A stretch of 64,000 nt of DNA from a virus. How positions within the stretch are numbered: the first letter of the stretch is position 1; the number at the start of each line of letters is the position of its first letter. The position numbers and the translations under genes were made by a program. The notes below the pieces were generated by a model. The model was not told the DNA's origin and searched no databases. It saw nothing but the letters and a program-made list of their open reading frames with translations. Below are positions 38,454-47,452 of this stretch, piece after piece. The stretch is from positions 32,001-96,000 of the IMG/VR virus record IMGVR_UViG_3300032050_000036; one strand, given 5' to 3'.

Positions 38454-38507
38454 TATGGGTCCTTTCTGTGGGTTCTTGTATTATTCTAGCAAATTAGGTA
38501 GGGTATG

Positions 38508-38669
38508 TCAAACACGTCCCTCTGCCAATAGTCCTAGTAAGAAGTCCTCTAGATCTCTAAGTACTGATACATCTTCCTCTGCAAACTTAGTATCCTTAAT
38601 ATGGTGATGGATAGAATAATTTAATATCATAGCCATATTTTCTACCTGCTCTGTTGTATATCCTAGCAT
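38508..38669 (-). CDS. Hypothetical protein (53 aa)
   Basis: TAATG coupling; MLGYTTEQV...GLLAEGRV. Confidence 0.55.
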   Translation of the reverse strand: MLGYTTEQVENMAMILNYSIHHHIKDTKFAEEDVSVLRDLEDFLLGLLAEGRV

Positions 38670-38899
38670 TATGCATTCTCCTTTTCCATAAGAATATTAT
38701 AGGCGGCAAGGCTGGTTATGTCAATATTTATTTCTCTACCAGGGTATTTATTAATTAGGAAATTAACTGCATCTCCTGCTGATTTAAAGTCACTATAGTT
38801 TTCTGAATATCCATATCCTTGTATAGTTATTTCCCAGCAATCAATCCCACCAGGTGAGACAGAGTATTCCATTTCATATATTTGTGCATTTAGGGTCAT
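38669..38899 (-). CDS. Hypothetical early protein
   Basis: Leaderless after TGATATGAT. Confidence 0.65.
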   Translation of the reverse strand: MTLNAQIYEMEYSVSPGGIDCWEITIQGYGYSENYSDFKSAGDAVNFLINKYPGREINIDITSLAAYNILMEKENA

Positions 38900-39043
38900 G
38901 GTTTAATCATATCAAAATCTAGGGGAAAAATCAAGTTCTACGTAATAAAAAAAATTCATGACATTTTTAGTCGGTTACGTAATAAAAGTTTTTGATGATA
39001 TTTTTAGTCGGCCACTTTTTTGATCTTTTGTCAAATAAAAAAT

Positions 39044-39071
39044 TGAGCAGTTTATACTCATGCTCAGGAGT
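39044..39071 (-). ncRNA. H-type pseudoknot element, copy 2
   Basis: ACTC-CTGAGCAT-GAGT-ATAAA-CTGCTCA followed by a U-tract. Confidence 0.75.
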
Positions 39072-39080
39072 TGAATTAGA

Positions 39081-40088
39081 TTAAACTAATTCTAAAGTGT
39101 TGCGAACAACATTTAGCAAACGATTTTTTTCTGCTGTGATAGCAGGGTCAAAACCACTTGAACCCATTAGGATTGATTCAGTAAGACCACGCTTACCACC
39201 ACGATACCAATCGATTCTTTCTGTGAGTGCGTTCCAAGCACCCCAAGCAGTATTGGCAATCATGCCATTGAATTCGCCTGTGTAAATATCATTGATTAAA
39301 TCAACTTTATTTGTCCACTTAGAAAGTGCGCCTTTCTTAGTTTCATCAGGCTTAGGATACGCAGCCAAAACAATATCATTGAATTGTTGCGCTGTGATTT
39401 CTTTTTCAATCATGAGTTGCGCCATGATAGAAAATTCGTCCATGTAAGCATTAGCAACAGCAAGAGCCTCACGAGCCTGTTGAACTTTACCCTCAGCAGA
39501 TTGTGTGTGACGAATCTTGAATGATTGCTTTACGCCATTGTTTTTCTTAGTGCGACCAAGAGCAACAGCGAGAGTGTTAGCGCATACAACACGAACAGGT
39601 GTCACGCTTGCTTGAATAGCAACAGAACCATCGTGTGATGTATTAACAAGAAGATAAGTCTTAACCTTATCCGCTACACCATTAGGGTCAAGAACAGTCT
39701 CACGCTCAAGAGCAAGAGAACCGAAAACAACACGACCACTACGCAATGAGCCAGCAGTCTCCCAACGACCTCCGCCATCAAGAATTGCATCACCAAAAGT
39801 GAATAGTTCTTCATTTTGTAGTGGGACATAGCGTTCACCAACAACGCCTAAGACATCAACTTGATTTGCGGTGAATGGATTATCACGCACAACATATTGA
39901 TAAGATTTATCAGATGTAAGAGTAGATGGGATTTCTACATCTTCAAGACGAACATTCCAACCATCAAGGTTAGCGAGTTCCAACATTTTTTCAGTAGTGA
40001 CTTCCTCCTGAAAAACAGTTCCTAAACCATGCCAAGCAGGTTCACGGAATGAAGCGAAAGAATTAGCAGATTCTAATTCATGAGCCAT
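39081..40088 (-). CDS. DUF932 family phage/plasmid protein
   Basis: MAHE...PAWHGLG, Y.P.QN, ETAGSL..G, SHDGS and RVVCANTL. Confidence 0.88.
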   Translation of the reverse strand: MAHELESANSFASFREPAWHGLGTVFQEEVTTEKMLELANLDGWNVRLEDVEIPSTLTSDKSYQYVVRDNPFTANQVDVLGVVGERYVPLQNEELFTFGDAILDGGGRWETAGSLRSGRVVFGSLALERETVLDPNGVADKVKTYLLVNTSHDGSVAIQASVTPVRVVCANTLAVALGRTKKNNGVKQSFKIRHTQSAEGKVQQAREALAVANAYMDEFSIMAQLMIEKEITAQQFNDIVLAAYPKPDETKKGALSKWTNKVDLINDIYTGEFNGMIANTAWGAWNALTERIDWYRGGKRGLTESILMGSSGFDPAITAEKNRLLNVVRNTLELV

Positions 40089-40231
40089 ATTTATTTCCTT
40101 TCTATTTTTAGTTATTCTTATCTTAGCACAACGGGCTGACAAAAGCAAATCCTGGAATTTGGGCGTTTTGATCGTAACTACGTAAAACGGACATTTTAGG
40201 ACAAAACGGGCCGACCACTTTTTTGAGGAAG

Positions 40232-40261
40232 TGAGCAGTTTACGTGGACGTGCTCAGGTCC
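40232..40261 (-). ncRNA. H-type pseudoknot element, copy 3
   Basis: GGAC-CTGAGCAC-GTCC-ACGTAAA-CTGCTCA. Confidence 0.75.
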
Positions 40262-40341
40262 CTCACGGTCTCTTTGAAAGAAAGGATGAAAGAAGAGATC
40301 CGTGCACATTGCGTGGCCTTTCATGAACCACGCAAATTTAT

Positions 40342-40752
40342 TTAGATGTCGATGTTGTCGACGCTTGCAGAAACATGTGTTACATGATTCATATCATATG
40401 TGATTGCTTCAAAATCAATATCATTAATTATTGATTCTGCGTCTTCACCTGCAGGAACTTCAATTGTTAAATAGTAAGTTACGGTAACCTCTGCTTCAAC
40501 TTCCTTGGTAAGTTCGAATGCACCAATCTCAGAAAGTTCAACAGCCTGCTCTTCAGTGATGTTGCCATTCTCTAGATTCTCCATGGTCCATTCATGTAGA
40601 CCAGTTGACATTGCATTTAGTGCAGCAGCAGTGCTAAAGTCACGCTGTACAACACGAGCATGAGACTCTTCTACAGTCTTTACTCGCTCCTCTAGTTGCT
40701 TGATTGTATTACGAAGATATTCCTCCGTAGCATTAATTACATTAGTTTCCAT
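40342..40752 (-). CDS. Hypothetical early protein
   Basis: GAAAGGA RBS; acidic. Confidence 0.7.
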   Translation of the reverse strand: METNVINATEEYLRNTIKQLEERVKTVEESHARVVQRDFSTAAALNAMSTGLHEWTMENLENGNITEEQAVELSEIGAFELTKEVEAEVTVTYYLTIEVPAGEDAESIINDIDFEAITYDMNHVTHVSASVDNIDI

Positions 40753-41014
40753 CTGTGATATCCTTTCCTAGACTATCAAATTCGTTTATTTCATTAATCA
40801 TAGCATCCATTTCACTTTCTGTCAATAAAACATTAGTGACCAATGTTGCTGTAAGAGATGAGAGTAGCGCAGAATATTTAAATAACATCTGTGCGAAATC
40901 ATTATCTGACATTTCATTTCTTGCGTGTAGTAGTTGTGAAGCAATAGCCATTGACATATCGTCATGGACTGCGTCTTTAGTTGCTTCTTGTATTGCTATA
41001 GCGGTTGCTATCAT
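40742..41014 (-). CDS. Hypothetical early protein
   Basis: AGAAAGGA RBS; own promoter. Confidence 0.7.
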   Translation of the reverse strand: MIATAIAIQEATKDAVHDDMSMAIASQLLHARNEMSDNDFAQMLFKYSALLSSLTATLVTNVLLTESEMDAMINEINEFDSLGKDITDGN

Positions 41015-41040
41015 CTTAGTTTCCTTTCTTTCTAATACTA

Positions 41041-41070
41041 AGTTTAGCATTGGGTTCTGACATTTGTCAA
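41041..41070 (-). promoter_or_regulatory. Promoter with TGTCAG box
   Basis: TTGACA-18 nt-TAAACT, with TGTCAG 10 nt upstream of the -10. Confidence 0.75.
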
Positions 41071-41080
41071 GTTGGAGGTG

Positions 41081-41107
41081 GGGCAGTTTTACATCATACC
41101 CAGGATG
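41081..41107 (-). ncRNA. H-type pseudoknot element, copy 4
   Basis: CATC-CTGGGTAT-GATG-TAAAA-CTGCCC; compensatory change in stem 2. Confidence 0.75.
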
Positions 41108-41233
41108 ATCCCTCTAGGAATACCCGCAAGGACTTTCGTCACTTCATTTGTTAGCGGGGCTTATCAAGAGAGAAACCTGTTGTGGCGGGGGTAATTACGA
41201 TTACACACCCGAAACCCGCCACAATTATTTAGA

Positions 41234-41656
41234 TTACAAGTATCTTGCGATAGCGTTGTAAGTAGAAGTAGAAACTACTTCCTCATCTGTCATCTTGAGA
41301 ATACGAATTGCGTTCTCAATTTCATCTTTTTGCTCACGATACTGCCACTCATGAATAGACACATAGTCTTTCTTGGGTTCATCAGGTAGCGTGATAGTTC
41401 CAGCAGGTAGAGAGAAAGATACTTGGATTTCGTTATTGTATCTCTTATGAGCAGATAAGTCCTCTGCCTTAGCAATTTTATCAAGTGCTAATTTAGCGAC
41501 TTCCTTGTTCCAAGCCTTTACTGCCTTGTCGTGCTTTGCTTCGTTCGCCTCTTGTGAAGCGAAGTCTTTATTTAGTTTATCAAGTGCGCTTTCTAGTGCC
41601 TTGATAACCTTAGTTGTAGCGATTTTTACATTTATCGCTTTGCCATTTCTAGCCAT
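41234..41656 (-). CDS. Conserved actinophage early protein
   Basis: AGAAAGGA RBS; AINVK..T.KVIKALE...AIRILKM.DEE.V. Confidence 0.75.
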   Translation of the reverse strand: MARNGKAINVKIATTKVIKALESALDKLNKDFASQEANEAKHDKAVKAWNKEVAKLALDKIAKAEDLSAHKRYNNEIQVSFSLPAGTITLPDEPKKDYVSIHEWQYREQKDEIENAIRILKMTDEEVVSTSTYNAIARYL

Positions 41657-41719
41657 TTATTTATCCTTTCTTAGTGGGTTGTTATTTATAGTCTAGCATT
41701 TTTACTGCTAGAAATCAAG

Positions 41720-41749
41720 TGAGCAGTTTTAGTAGCCATGCTCAGGGCT
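41720..41749 (-). ncRNA. H-type pseudoknot element, copy 5
   Basis: AGCC-CTGAGCAT-GGCT-ACTAAAA-CTGCTCA. Confidence 0.75.
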
Positions 41750-41765
41750 TTTCCTGTATTAGGAA

Positions 41766-41933
41766 TTACTTTGCTGTCCAAGTTGTCCAGCGAGGTGAGC
41801 CATTGACATCAAGTTTTACACGAACGCTTGTTCCGTCTTGATTTGGCTTGATTTCGGTAATAACGCCTGTCACCTTTGACTTCTGTGAGGTGTAGGTGTC
41901 GCCTACCTTGTAAGTTGCTGTTGCTACTGCCAT
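41766..41933 (-). CDS. Small beta-rich (SH3-like) protein
   Basis: TYKVGD.YT..KS.VTG.I; paralogue of the next gene. Confidence 0.7.
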   Translation of the reverse strand: MAVATATYKVGDTYTSQKSKVTGVITEIKPNQDGTSVRVKLDVNGSPRWTTWTAK

Positions 41934-42032
41934 TTCTTTCTCCTTTGTTAGTTGGTTGTTATTACTTGTATTATTATGACATTTTTGAGAGATAATGTCA
42001 AGCCGAAACCTGACATTTCTCACATTTTGAGA

Positions 42033-42200
42033 TTAGTGTGTTTTTACCATAGCAAATCTAGTTTGATTATTTGCCAAGCGAAGCATGACCTTAGTTACAT
42101 TTTGACGCATTGGAACGAACTTCTCAATACGACCTGTAACACCTGTCTTGCTGGTAGTAAATAAATCTCCTACCTGATAAGTGTATCCGCCTAGTGTCAT
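42033..42200 (-). CDS. Small beta-rich (SH3-like) protein
   Basis: TYQVGD.FT..KT.VTG.I; AGAAAGGA RBS. Confidence 0.7.
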   Translation of the reverse strand: MTLGGYTYQVGDLFTTSKTGVTGRIEKFVPMRQNVTKVMLRLANNQTRFAMVKTH

Positions 42201-42422
42201 TTGCGTTTTTCCTTTCTGTTTGGGTCTTAGTATTAGTTTAGCATAAAAATACAAGAAATACAATTCGGGGAGCGTTTTGGGGGTCTTTTTAATGTGATCT
42301 TAATTACAGGGTCGTAACTTGACAAATTGGGTTTTGCGGGCCGACCACTTTTGCGGGGGATTTATTGAGAAATAAAAAAGTAAAGTATTAACCATGCTAT
42401 GAATAAATACTCTACACGCATT

Positions 42423-43142
42423 TTATTTTTTACTCGCACTAAATACAATATCTGCTTTATTGTGAACACACAATCCACATGTCACACAAGCAGAGCCATT
42501 AGTAGAAATAAGCGGTATACGTTTTGCATTTTCAGGACACTTAGCGCCAGGTTTCGAAATTAATTCTTTCATAGTTTCTTGACCTACCGCAAAATTTTGT
42601 GCAAGGTATGCCATACGTACACCGTGTTGTTGTTTTAACTCTACGGCTGTTTTGATATTCTCACTATCTGCAGAGAAATATAAACTAAGGTTATCAATAT
42701 TCTTTAGCATTTCTGCAGCAATCTTTACACGGGTGTATACCCAAAATTGTACGTCAGGATTATTTAAGATTACGTGTTTCCATGCGAATGCGTATTCCTT
42801 ACTAAAGAAATCGCCATCCCAGTGAATGCGAAATAACTTAGGAGCCTCTCGCTTATCACAATCTTTCTTGAAATCATTAATCATATCTTGCAGCAGATTT
42901 TCCATAGTATCATGGTCTGCGTCTTTTAATAAATTCCAGTTATGGAGTAGAGTTTCTCTTACTCCCTTATAGACTTTTTCAAGTTTTCCTGCGTAGCATA
43001 CCTTAGAGCATACAGAGGTCTCACCAGGACAGGAGTAAGCCTTGCCACTAGGCAATCCAAAAGTGTTGGCAATTGTTGGGGTCTTTCCGTTTCTTGAGAC
43101 AGCATTGGCCACCTTCCTATCATTAGAGCGTTTTAATTTCAT
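42423..43142 (-). CDS. GP88-like (radical-SAM-related) Fe-S protein
   Basis: CPG...C...CYA, FRIHWDGDFF, FWVYTR and C..CGLC. Confidence 0.75.
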   Translation of the reverse strand: MKLKRSNDRKVANAVSRNGKTPTIANTFGLPSGKAYSCPGETSVCSKVCYAGKLEKVYKGVRETLLHNWNLLKDADHDTMENLLQDMINDFKKDCDKREAPKLFRIHWDGDFFSKEYAFAWKHVILNNPDVQFWVYTRVKIAAEMLKNIDNLSLYFSADSENIKTAVELKQQHGVRMAYLAQNFAVGQETMKELISKPGAKCPENAKRIPLISTNGSACVTCGLCVHNKADIVFSASKK

Positions 43143-43387
43143 TGCTCATCCCTTTCTTTCATTGATAATTCTATCATTTTTTTATTGCTTTGTCTAGTAT
43201 AAACACGCTTGCTATTTACGGCAGAGGCTGCGTTAGATCTACGCAATTCTTGAATGCGCCTTAATTCTTCTTTACTCTTCCTAAACATAATTTAATAATA
43301 TCATAAACAAACAAAAATCACAAATTTAGGGAGGTTCTACTTAATCTACGTAAAACGGACATTTGGTGCAAATTGGTCGGGCGGTTT

Positions 43388-43615
43388 TTACTCTACAAAA
43401 ACATACCATTCAATTTTTGTATCATCAAGAACAAAGTATTCTTCTTCATCATCAAAGTCATCTGCTAAAACTAAATTAAATCCTTCTTTAGTTTCGCTAA
43501 TTTCTTTTACAGTTAAATACTGATCTTCAATTTTAATTAGATCACCTTCCGCCAATTGGTTTGGCAGAAGATAATCAGCAAAGACAAGTTCCATACTCAT
43601 CATTGTAGCAGACAT
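43388..43615 (-). CDS. Hypothetical acidic protein
   Basis: QLAEGDLIKI; 75 aa. Confidence 0.65.
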   Translation of the reverse strand: MSATMMSMELVFADYLLPNQLAEGDLIKIEDQYLTVKEISETKEGFNLVLADDFDDEEEYFVLDDTKIEWYVFVE

Positions 43616-43825
43616 TTAGCGAATGCTCACCTCTCCACTACGATAAAAAGTTTTTGTATACATTTTTCCTGTTGGGTCTGATAAGTTATAAGTTGCGTAT
43701 TCTTTAGCATCACCAAAGTCTACGCATTTAGTCCAAGCATCTACCGCTTCAAGCATATCTGATACTCGCAGGGTATTTACCAATTCTCCGTCATACAAAG
43801 TAGTAACTGAGTAAGTGTATTCCAT
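43616..43825 (-). CDS. Hypothetical protein
   Basis: GAGGA RBS; YNLSDPTGKMYTKTF. Confidence 0.65.
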   Translation of the reverse strand: MEYTYSVTTLYDGELVNTLRVSDMLEAVDAWTKCVDFGDAKEYATYNLSDPTGKMYTKTFYRSGEVSIR

Positions 43826-43826
43826 T

Positions 43827-44126
43827 TTAGTATTCCTCTCTTTCAATAATCCACGCATCTAGGTGGTGTGCTTCAATAATAGCATGAGCAGGGGCTAAAT
43901 CGCTACCCTTCCAAGATATGCCTTCAGGAAGTTTTATGGGTAAATCCCAAAGTCCAGCATCATTTACCGCATCTATAGCCTCAATACAAGGTCTAATCAT
44001 AGTTTTAGGAACGGGCGGGTAGTGATTAGCAGATAAGTGTATTCCTATCTGAGTTTCAATATCTAAGTGTATTCCCATATCCTCTAATACACCACTAGCC
44101 ATTTCGTTAGCCATATTACTTCCCAT
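43827..44126 (-). CDS. Hypothetical protein
   Basis: HLSANHYPPVP...HHLDAW. Confidence 0.7.
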   Translation of the reverse strand: MGSNMANEMASGVLEDMGIHLDIETQIGIHLSANHYPPVPKTMIRPCIEAIDAVNDAGLWDLPIKLPEGISWKGSDLAPAHAIIEAHHLDAWIIEREEY

Positions 44127-44338
44127 TATCGTGCTTCTCCGCTCATTAGTAGTTCAGGCTCACTTATCAAGCCATTATCAAAAATAACATCTCCGTCATC
44201 ATCTAGGATTAGTCCATAAGGATTACAAATACAATCCTCAAAATCGTAGTCCTCGCCATTACCAAAGTAATCAACGCCTCTACCATTACAAAAATCGCAG
44301 TTTCTAATCTGCCTTAGTGCGTATTCCAATTTATCCAT
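44126..44338 (-). CDS. Small zinc-finger protein
   Basis: CDFCNGRG...EDYD.EDCIC; AGAAAGGA RBS. Confidence 0.7.
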   Translation of the reverse strand: MDKLEYALRQIRNCDFCNGRGVDYFGNGEDYDFEDCICNPYGLILDDDGDVIFDNGLISEPELLMSGEAR

Positions 44339-44430
44339 TTTTTATTTCCTTTCTTTCAATACTGAAATCCTATCAGATAGGGCTGACAAAATCAAATCTG
44401 ACACGCCCTGTCCGATATGTCCGTTTTGTC

Positions 44431-44928
44431 CTACCATGAGGACTGATAATAGAATGATAGATTTTCAAAGTCAGGTCTATCAATAAGAGGCTGTAATTGA
44501 TTAATGGTATCCATTAGGTCTTTCCAATACCATTCGTCAATATCAGTACCGCCAAAGAAAAATCCTTCTCTAGGTGGCAGGATATTAGGGTCTTTATTGG
44601 TAATCGCTAGAGTACAGTCATTTACCAATTGTTTTAGGTGCTTATGCGCTACATAGTACTCACCGCAGTCATCTTCGCCACGCTGTACAGTATTAACAAA
44701 CCAATTGTGTATCTGATTACACTTGCGCCAATAGGCTACATTTACAGATACATCTACGCCATAGATACTTTCTTCATCTACAAGCGTATCAACACCAGCA
44801 GCATTTACTACATCATTCCATTGTGGAATGGTAGCCTCTGAATATTTAGTATCGCTATCTCGATCTAATTTACTCCAGTCAATTTTATTAATGTGCTTAC
44901 GAGCACTTAAATACATATCTAATCCCAT
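44431..44928 (-). CDS. Conserved phage protein
   Basis: MGLDMYL, YWRK.NQIH.WF, GFFFG and YQSSW. Confidence 0.8.
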   Translation of the reverse strand: MGLDMYLSARKHINKIDWSKLDRDSDTKYSEATIPQWNDVVNAAGVDTLVDEESIYGVDVSVNVAYWRKCNQIHNWFVNTVQRGEDDCGEYYVAHKHLKQLVNDCTLAITNKDPNILPPREGFFFGGTDIDEWYWKDLMDTINQLQPLIDRPDFENLSFYYQSSW

Positions 44929-44946
44929 TTTATTTATTTTCCTTTC

Positions 44947-45147
44947 TTATAGGTCTGATACTTTTACAGCAATAGTAGCCCATTTAGAGCCATTGAAACG
45001 AATTGAATAGGCTTGATAATCTGTACCTACCCATACATCATCACGCTTTTCAGCAAAGTTTATTTCTCCACCCTGATATTTACGGGCAAAAGAAGTAGGT
45101 CTATAATACTGGCCTACAAGTAAATCTTCAATTGAATAACTTCTCAT
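44947..45147 (-). CDS. Small beta-rich protein
   Basis: YSI..LLVG..YR..S; AGAAAGGA RBS. Confidence 0.7.
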   Translation of the reverse strand: MRSYSIEDLLVGQYYRPTSFARKYQGGEINFAEKRDDVWVGTDYQAYSIRFNGSKWATIAVKVSDL

Positions 45148-45266
45148 TGAATTTCCTTTCTTTATTTTCAGGCTTCTAGCCTATCATTTTTATCTTATAA
45201 AATCAAATCGACACGCCGTAATTTAAGAAAAAATTCGGGTGTGTTTTTAATCACATCTTAACAGCC

Positions 45267-45287
45267 TGTGGATAACTCTGTGGATAA
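45267..45287 (-). promoter_or_regulatory. Tandem DnaA boxes
   Basis: TGTGGATAA at 45267-45275 and 45279-45287. Confidence 0.65.
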
Positions 45288-45290
45288 GTG

Positions 45291-45312
45291 GCCGACGCTG
45301 TCGGGCGTGTCG
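45291..45312. repeat. 22-bp repeat GCCGACGCTGTCGGGCGTGTCG, copy 1
   Basis: Identical to 47151-47172. Confidence 0.9.
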
Positions 45313-45490
45313 GAATTAGTTGAAAGTTGAACTATTGTTTAGCAGCGCAAGCAAAACATTTTAGATCTGCGACAAAAATTCTACCGCAGACCTCGCATGT
45401 TTTAAATTTAGTTTTCTTTTGTCGCAAGTTTTATCGTGTAATAAATAGAAGCGATAAGAAAAATTTGAACAAGTGTAGTTAGAAATCTAG

Positions 45491-45682
45491 TCATGCGATA
45501 ATTCCTAACTCATCAACACCGCAAGCCTTTTCAAATCTTGCTTTATCGAATAATTCATTTTTGGTTCCAAAATAAGTTGAGAAACCTTCCACCAAATCCT
45601 CATAGACCTGCGGATGAATTTCATCTTTTACATCCGCAAGAATTGAAGCGATAGCCTTGAAGTGTGTTTTAGTTAGCGACAT
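45491..45682 (-). CDS. Hypothetical protein
   Basis: TKTHFKAIA.IL...N..FD..RF..ACG. Confidence 0.7.
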   Translation of the reverse strand: MSLTKTHFKAIASILADVKDEIHPQVYEDLVEGFSTYFGTKNELFDKARFEKACGVDELGIIA

Positions 45683-45685
45683 TTT

Positions 45686-45937
45686 TTATTCCTGTTCTGC
45701 TAGTAGAATATAAGAATGAGTTGCGCCTTCATTTATTCTTTCAAGTTCAGCAAGCAATTCATCACGAGTAAAGAGTGAAGCGTCTCCAATTAAATCTCTA
45801 ACTGCTTCAATATTCATCTGAGTAAATACTGGAGCAGGCACATTTTTAAGCATGCCTACGAATGGCGAATGGTCAGCGATACGAGAAACGAAATTTACTC
45901 CGTTTGCGGTAAATGGGTAGTCTGTATAGTTTTTCAT
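45686..45937 (-). CDS. Hypothetical protein
   Basis: AAAGGA RBS; 83 aa. Confidence 0.65.
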   Translation of the reverse strand: MKNYTDYPFTANGVNFVSRIADHSPFVGMLKNVPAPVFTQMNIEAVRDLIGDASLFTRDELLAELERINEGATHSYILLAEQE

Positions 45938-46050
45938 TTATTTATTTTCCTTTTCTTTCGTTTTTACTATTGTAGCGATTTTCTCTAAGTTTGTCAATTG
46001 TTGCGCTTTGCGCTGGCTCTCAACAAGAGCCTTGAATTCATCTAATTTCA

Positions 46051-46251
46051 TTAGTCATTATTCCTAACTGCTACTGTGCGGTAGGTATAACGACCAACCT
46101 CACTACGAACACGAACAAGATACGCTTCAGCGTTTTCATACCATACGCAAGCAGGGTGTTTTTCTGCTTCTACAATTTCTCCAACAAGAGAATTGGAACG
46201 ATAAGTTTTGCCTACTAATAGGCTTGGGATTGAGTATAAATTAGCACTCAT
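46051..46251 (-). CDS. Small beta-rich protein
   Basis: YSI..LLVG..YR..S; paralogue of 44947-45147. Confidence 0.7.
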   Translation of the reverse strand: MSANLYSIPSLLVGKTYRSNSLVGEIVEAEKHPACVWYENAEAYLVRVRSEVGRYTYRTVAVRNND

Positions 46252-46594
46252 TTTTTTACCTTCTTTCATTTTCTTACCCTGTAAGTTTAGCATTTTTATC
46301 TGACAAAATCAAATCCAAAATGCGGATAAATCGGACATTTTTTAAATTATTTTTGTGGGAAAAATCACATCCCACGTAACACGACACGCCCGAGTACGGG
46401 GGTCGGCGAGTTTTATCAGCATGTCAAGATCAACATACCGCTTTTTATTTTTATTTATCAAACTCAAACTTTATTTTTACATTGTCTACCATGAATGGCA
46501 AAGTGTTATCAAGCAACGCCTGAATATTTTCAGTTAGATAGTCGTTATCTGTTTGATAAGTTATTGTGATTTTATAGTCCATTATTTATTTTCC

Positions 46595-46804
46595 TTAGTC
46601 TAAGAAAACTGCGCCTTTAGCAGTTTTATGATTAGCACATACATTACCACGAGGAATCTCTACATGGCAAACAAAGCAAAGCATTTTTACTTTTGCTTTA
46701 TTTATGATTGCCCATTCAAGGTCAATCTTAGTTTCAACACTAGCATTTTCTAGCGATACCCAACCAGCACCGCTTTTATTCATTTCAAATATTTCAATAG
46801 ACAT
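46595..46804 (-). CDS. Hypothetical protein with C/H cluster
   Basis: CFVC...CANH. Confidence 0.55.
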   Translation of the reverse strand: MSIEIFEMNKSGAGWVSLENASVETKIDLEWAIINKAKVKMLCFVCHVEIPRGNVCANHKTAKGAVFLD

Positions 46805-46806
46805 TA

Positions 46807-47001
46807 TTACAACACCCAACTTTCATTTGTATAAGATAACCACTCTCCGAGTGTCATCAAACCTTTATACTCATTACACTTTCCGCAGAAAGTATTTCCT
46901 GCGTAGTCATCACAAAAAACGCAAACGATTTGATTTGCTTCCTCATCGGAAACATTTGCGAGAGTAATCTCTCGGATTTCATATTTATTTATTGTAGTCA
47001 T
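46807..47001 (-). CDS. Small zinc-ribbon protein
   Basis: CVFC...CGKCNEYKG; AGAAAGG RBS. Confidence 0.7.
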   Translation of the reverse strand: MTTINKYEIREITLANVSDEEANQIVCVFCDDYAGNTFCGKCNEYKGLMTLGEWLSYTNESWVL

Positions 47002-47036
47002 TTTAGACCACCTTTCTTTTTTTATCTAATACGAGT

Positions 47037-47253
47037 ATTCTAGCAGGGGGGTCTGACATTTTTGGGGGTATAAAACGGACATTTTGGACTTTGTGAGGCA
47101 CATCACATGTGACGTAAGCCACACGTAAAAAGGTACAAAACGGACATTTAGCCGACGCTGTCGGGCGTGTCGCAGCGAGGTAGAAAATGTGTCCTAATTC
47201 ACACACGACACGCCGTGTTAGGACTTGACTTTTTGAGATTTATGTGATAGGAT
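47037..47253. promoter_or_regulatory. Divergent control region of the early genes
   Basis: Leftward -10 TAGAAT (47037-47042); rightward TTGACT-17-TAGGAT (47225-47253); between them two CRP-type sites, two AAAACGGACATTT, the 22-bp repeat and CGACACGCC. Confidence 0.75.
47151..47172. repeat. 22-bp repeat, copy 2
   Basis: Identical to 45291-45312. Confidence 0.9.
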
Positions 47254-47284
47254 ACTATTGTATTTTTAGAAAGGATATGTAGTT

Positions 47285-47452
47285 ATGTTATCAGATAAAA
47301 CAATAGAAAAAATCGTTTATGAGTATCAGCATGGAGGCGTTCAGGCATATCACCCTGAAATCTCACTATCTGAGAGAAAGGCTCTCCTCAAGTACCTATG
47401 GAGCCTACCATCTAAGTGTGCTCCAGAGTGTGAGGTAACTCACAAAAATTGA
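47285..47452 (+). CDS. Small early protein (55 aa)
   Basis: AGAAAGGA RBS; MLSDKTIEKIVYEYQHGG. Confidence 0.65.
   Translation: MLSDKTIEKIVYEYQHGGVQAYHPEISLSERKALLKYLWSLPSKCAPECEVTHKN

Noticed and set aside
39044-41749. Hammerhead ribozyme or preQ1/SAM-II riboswitch identity for the pseudoknot
   Set aside because: Lacks the CUGAnGA/GAAA three-stem core and those aptamer consensus sequences; lies 3' of genes rather than 5'
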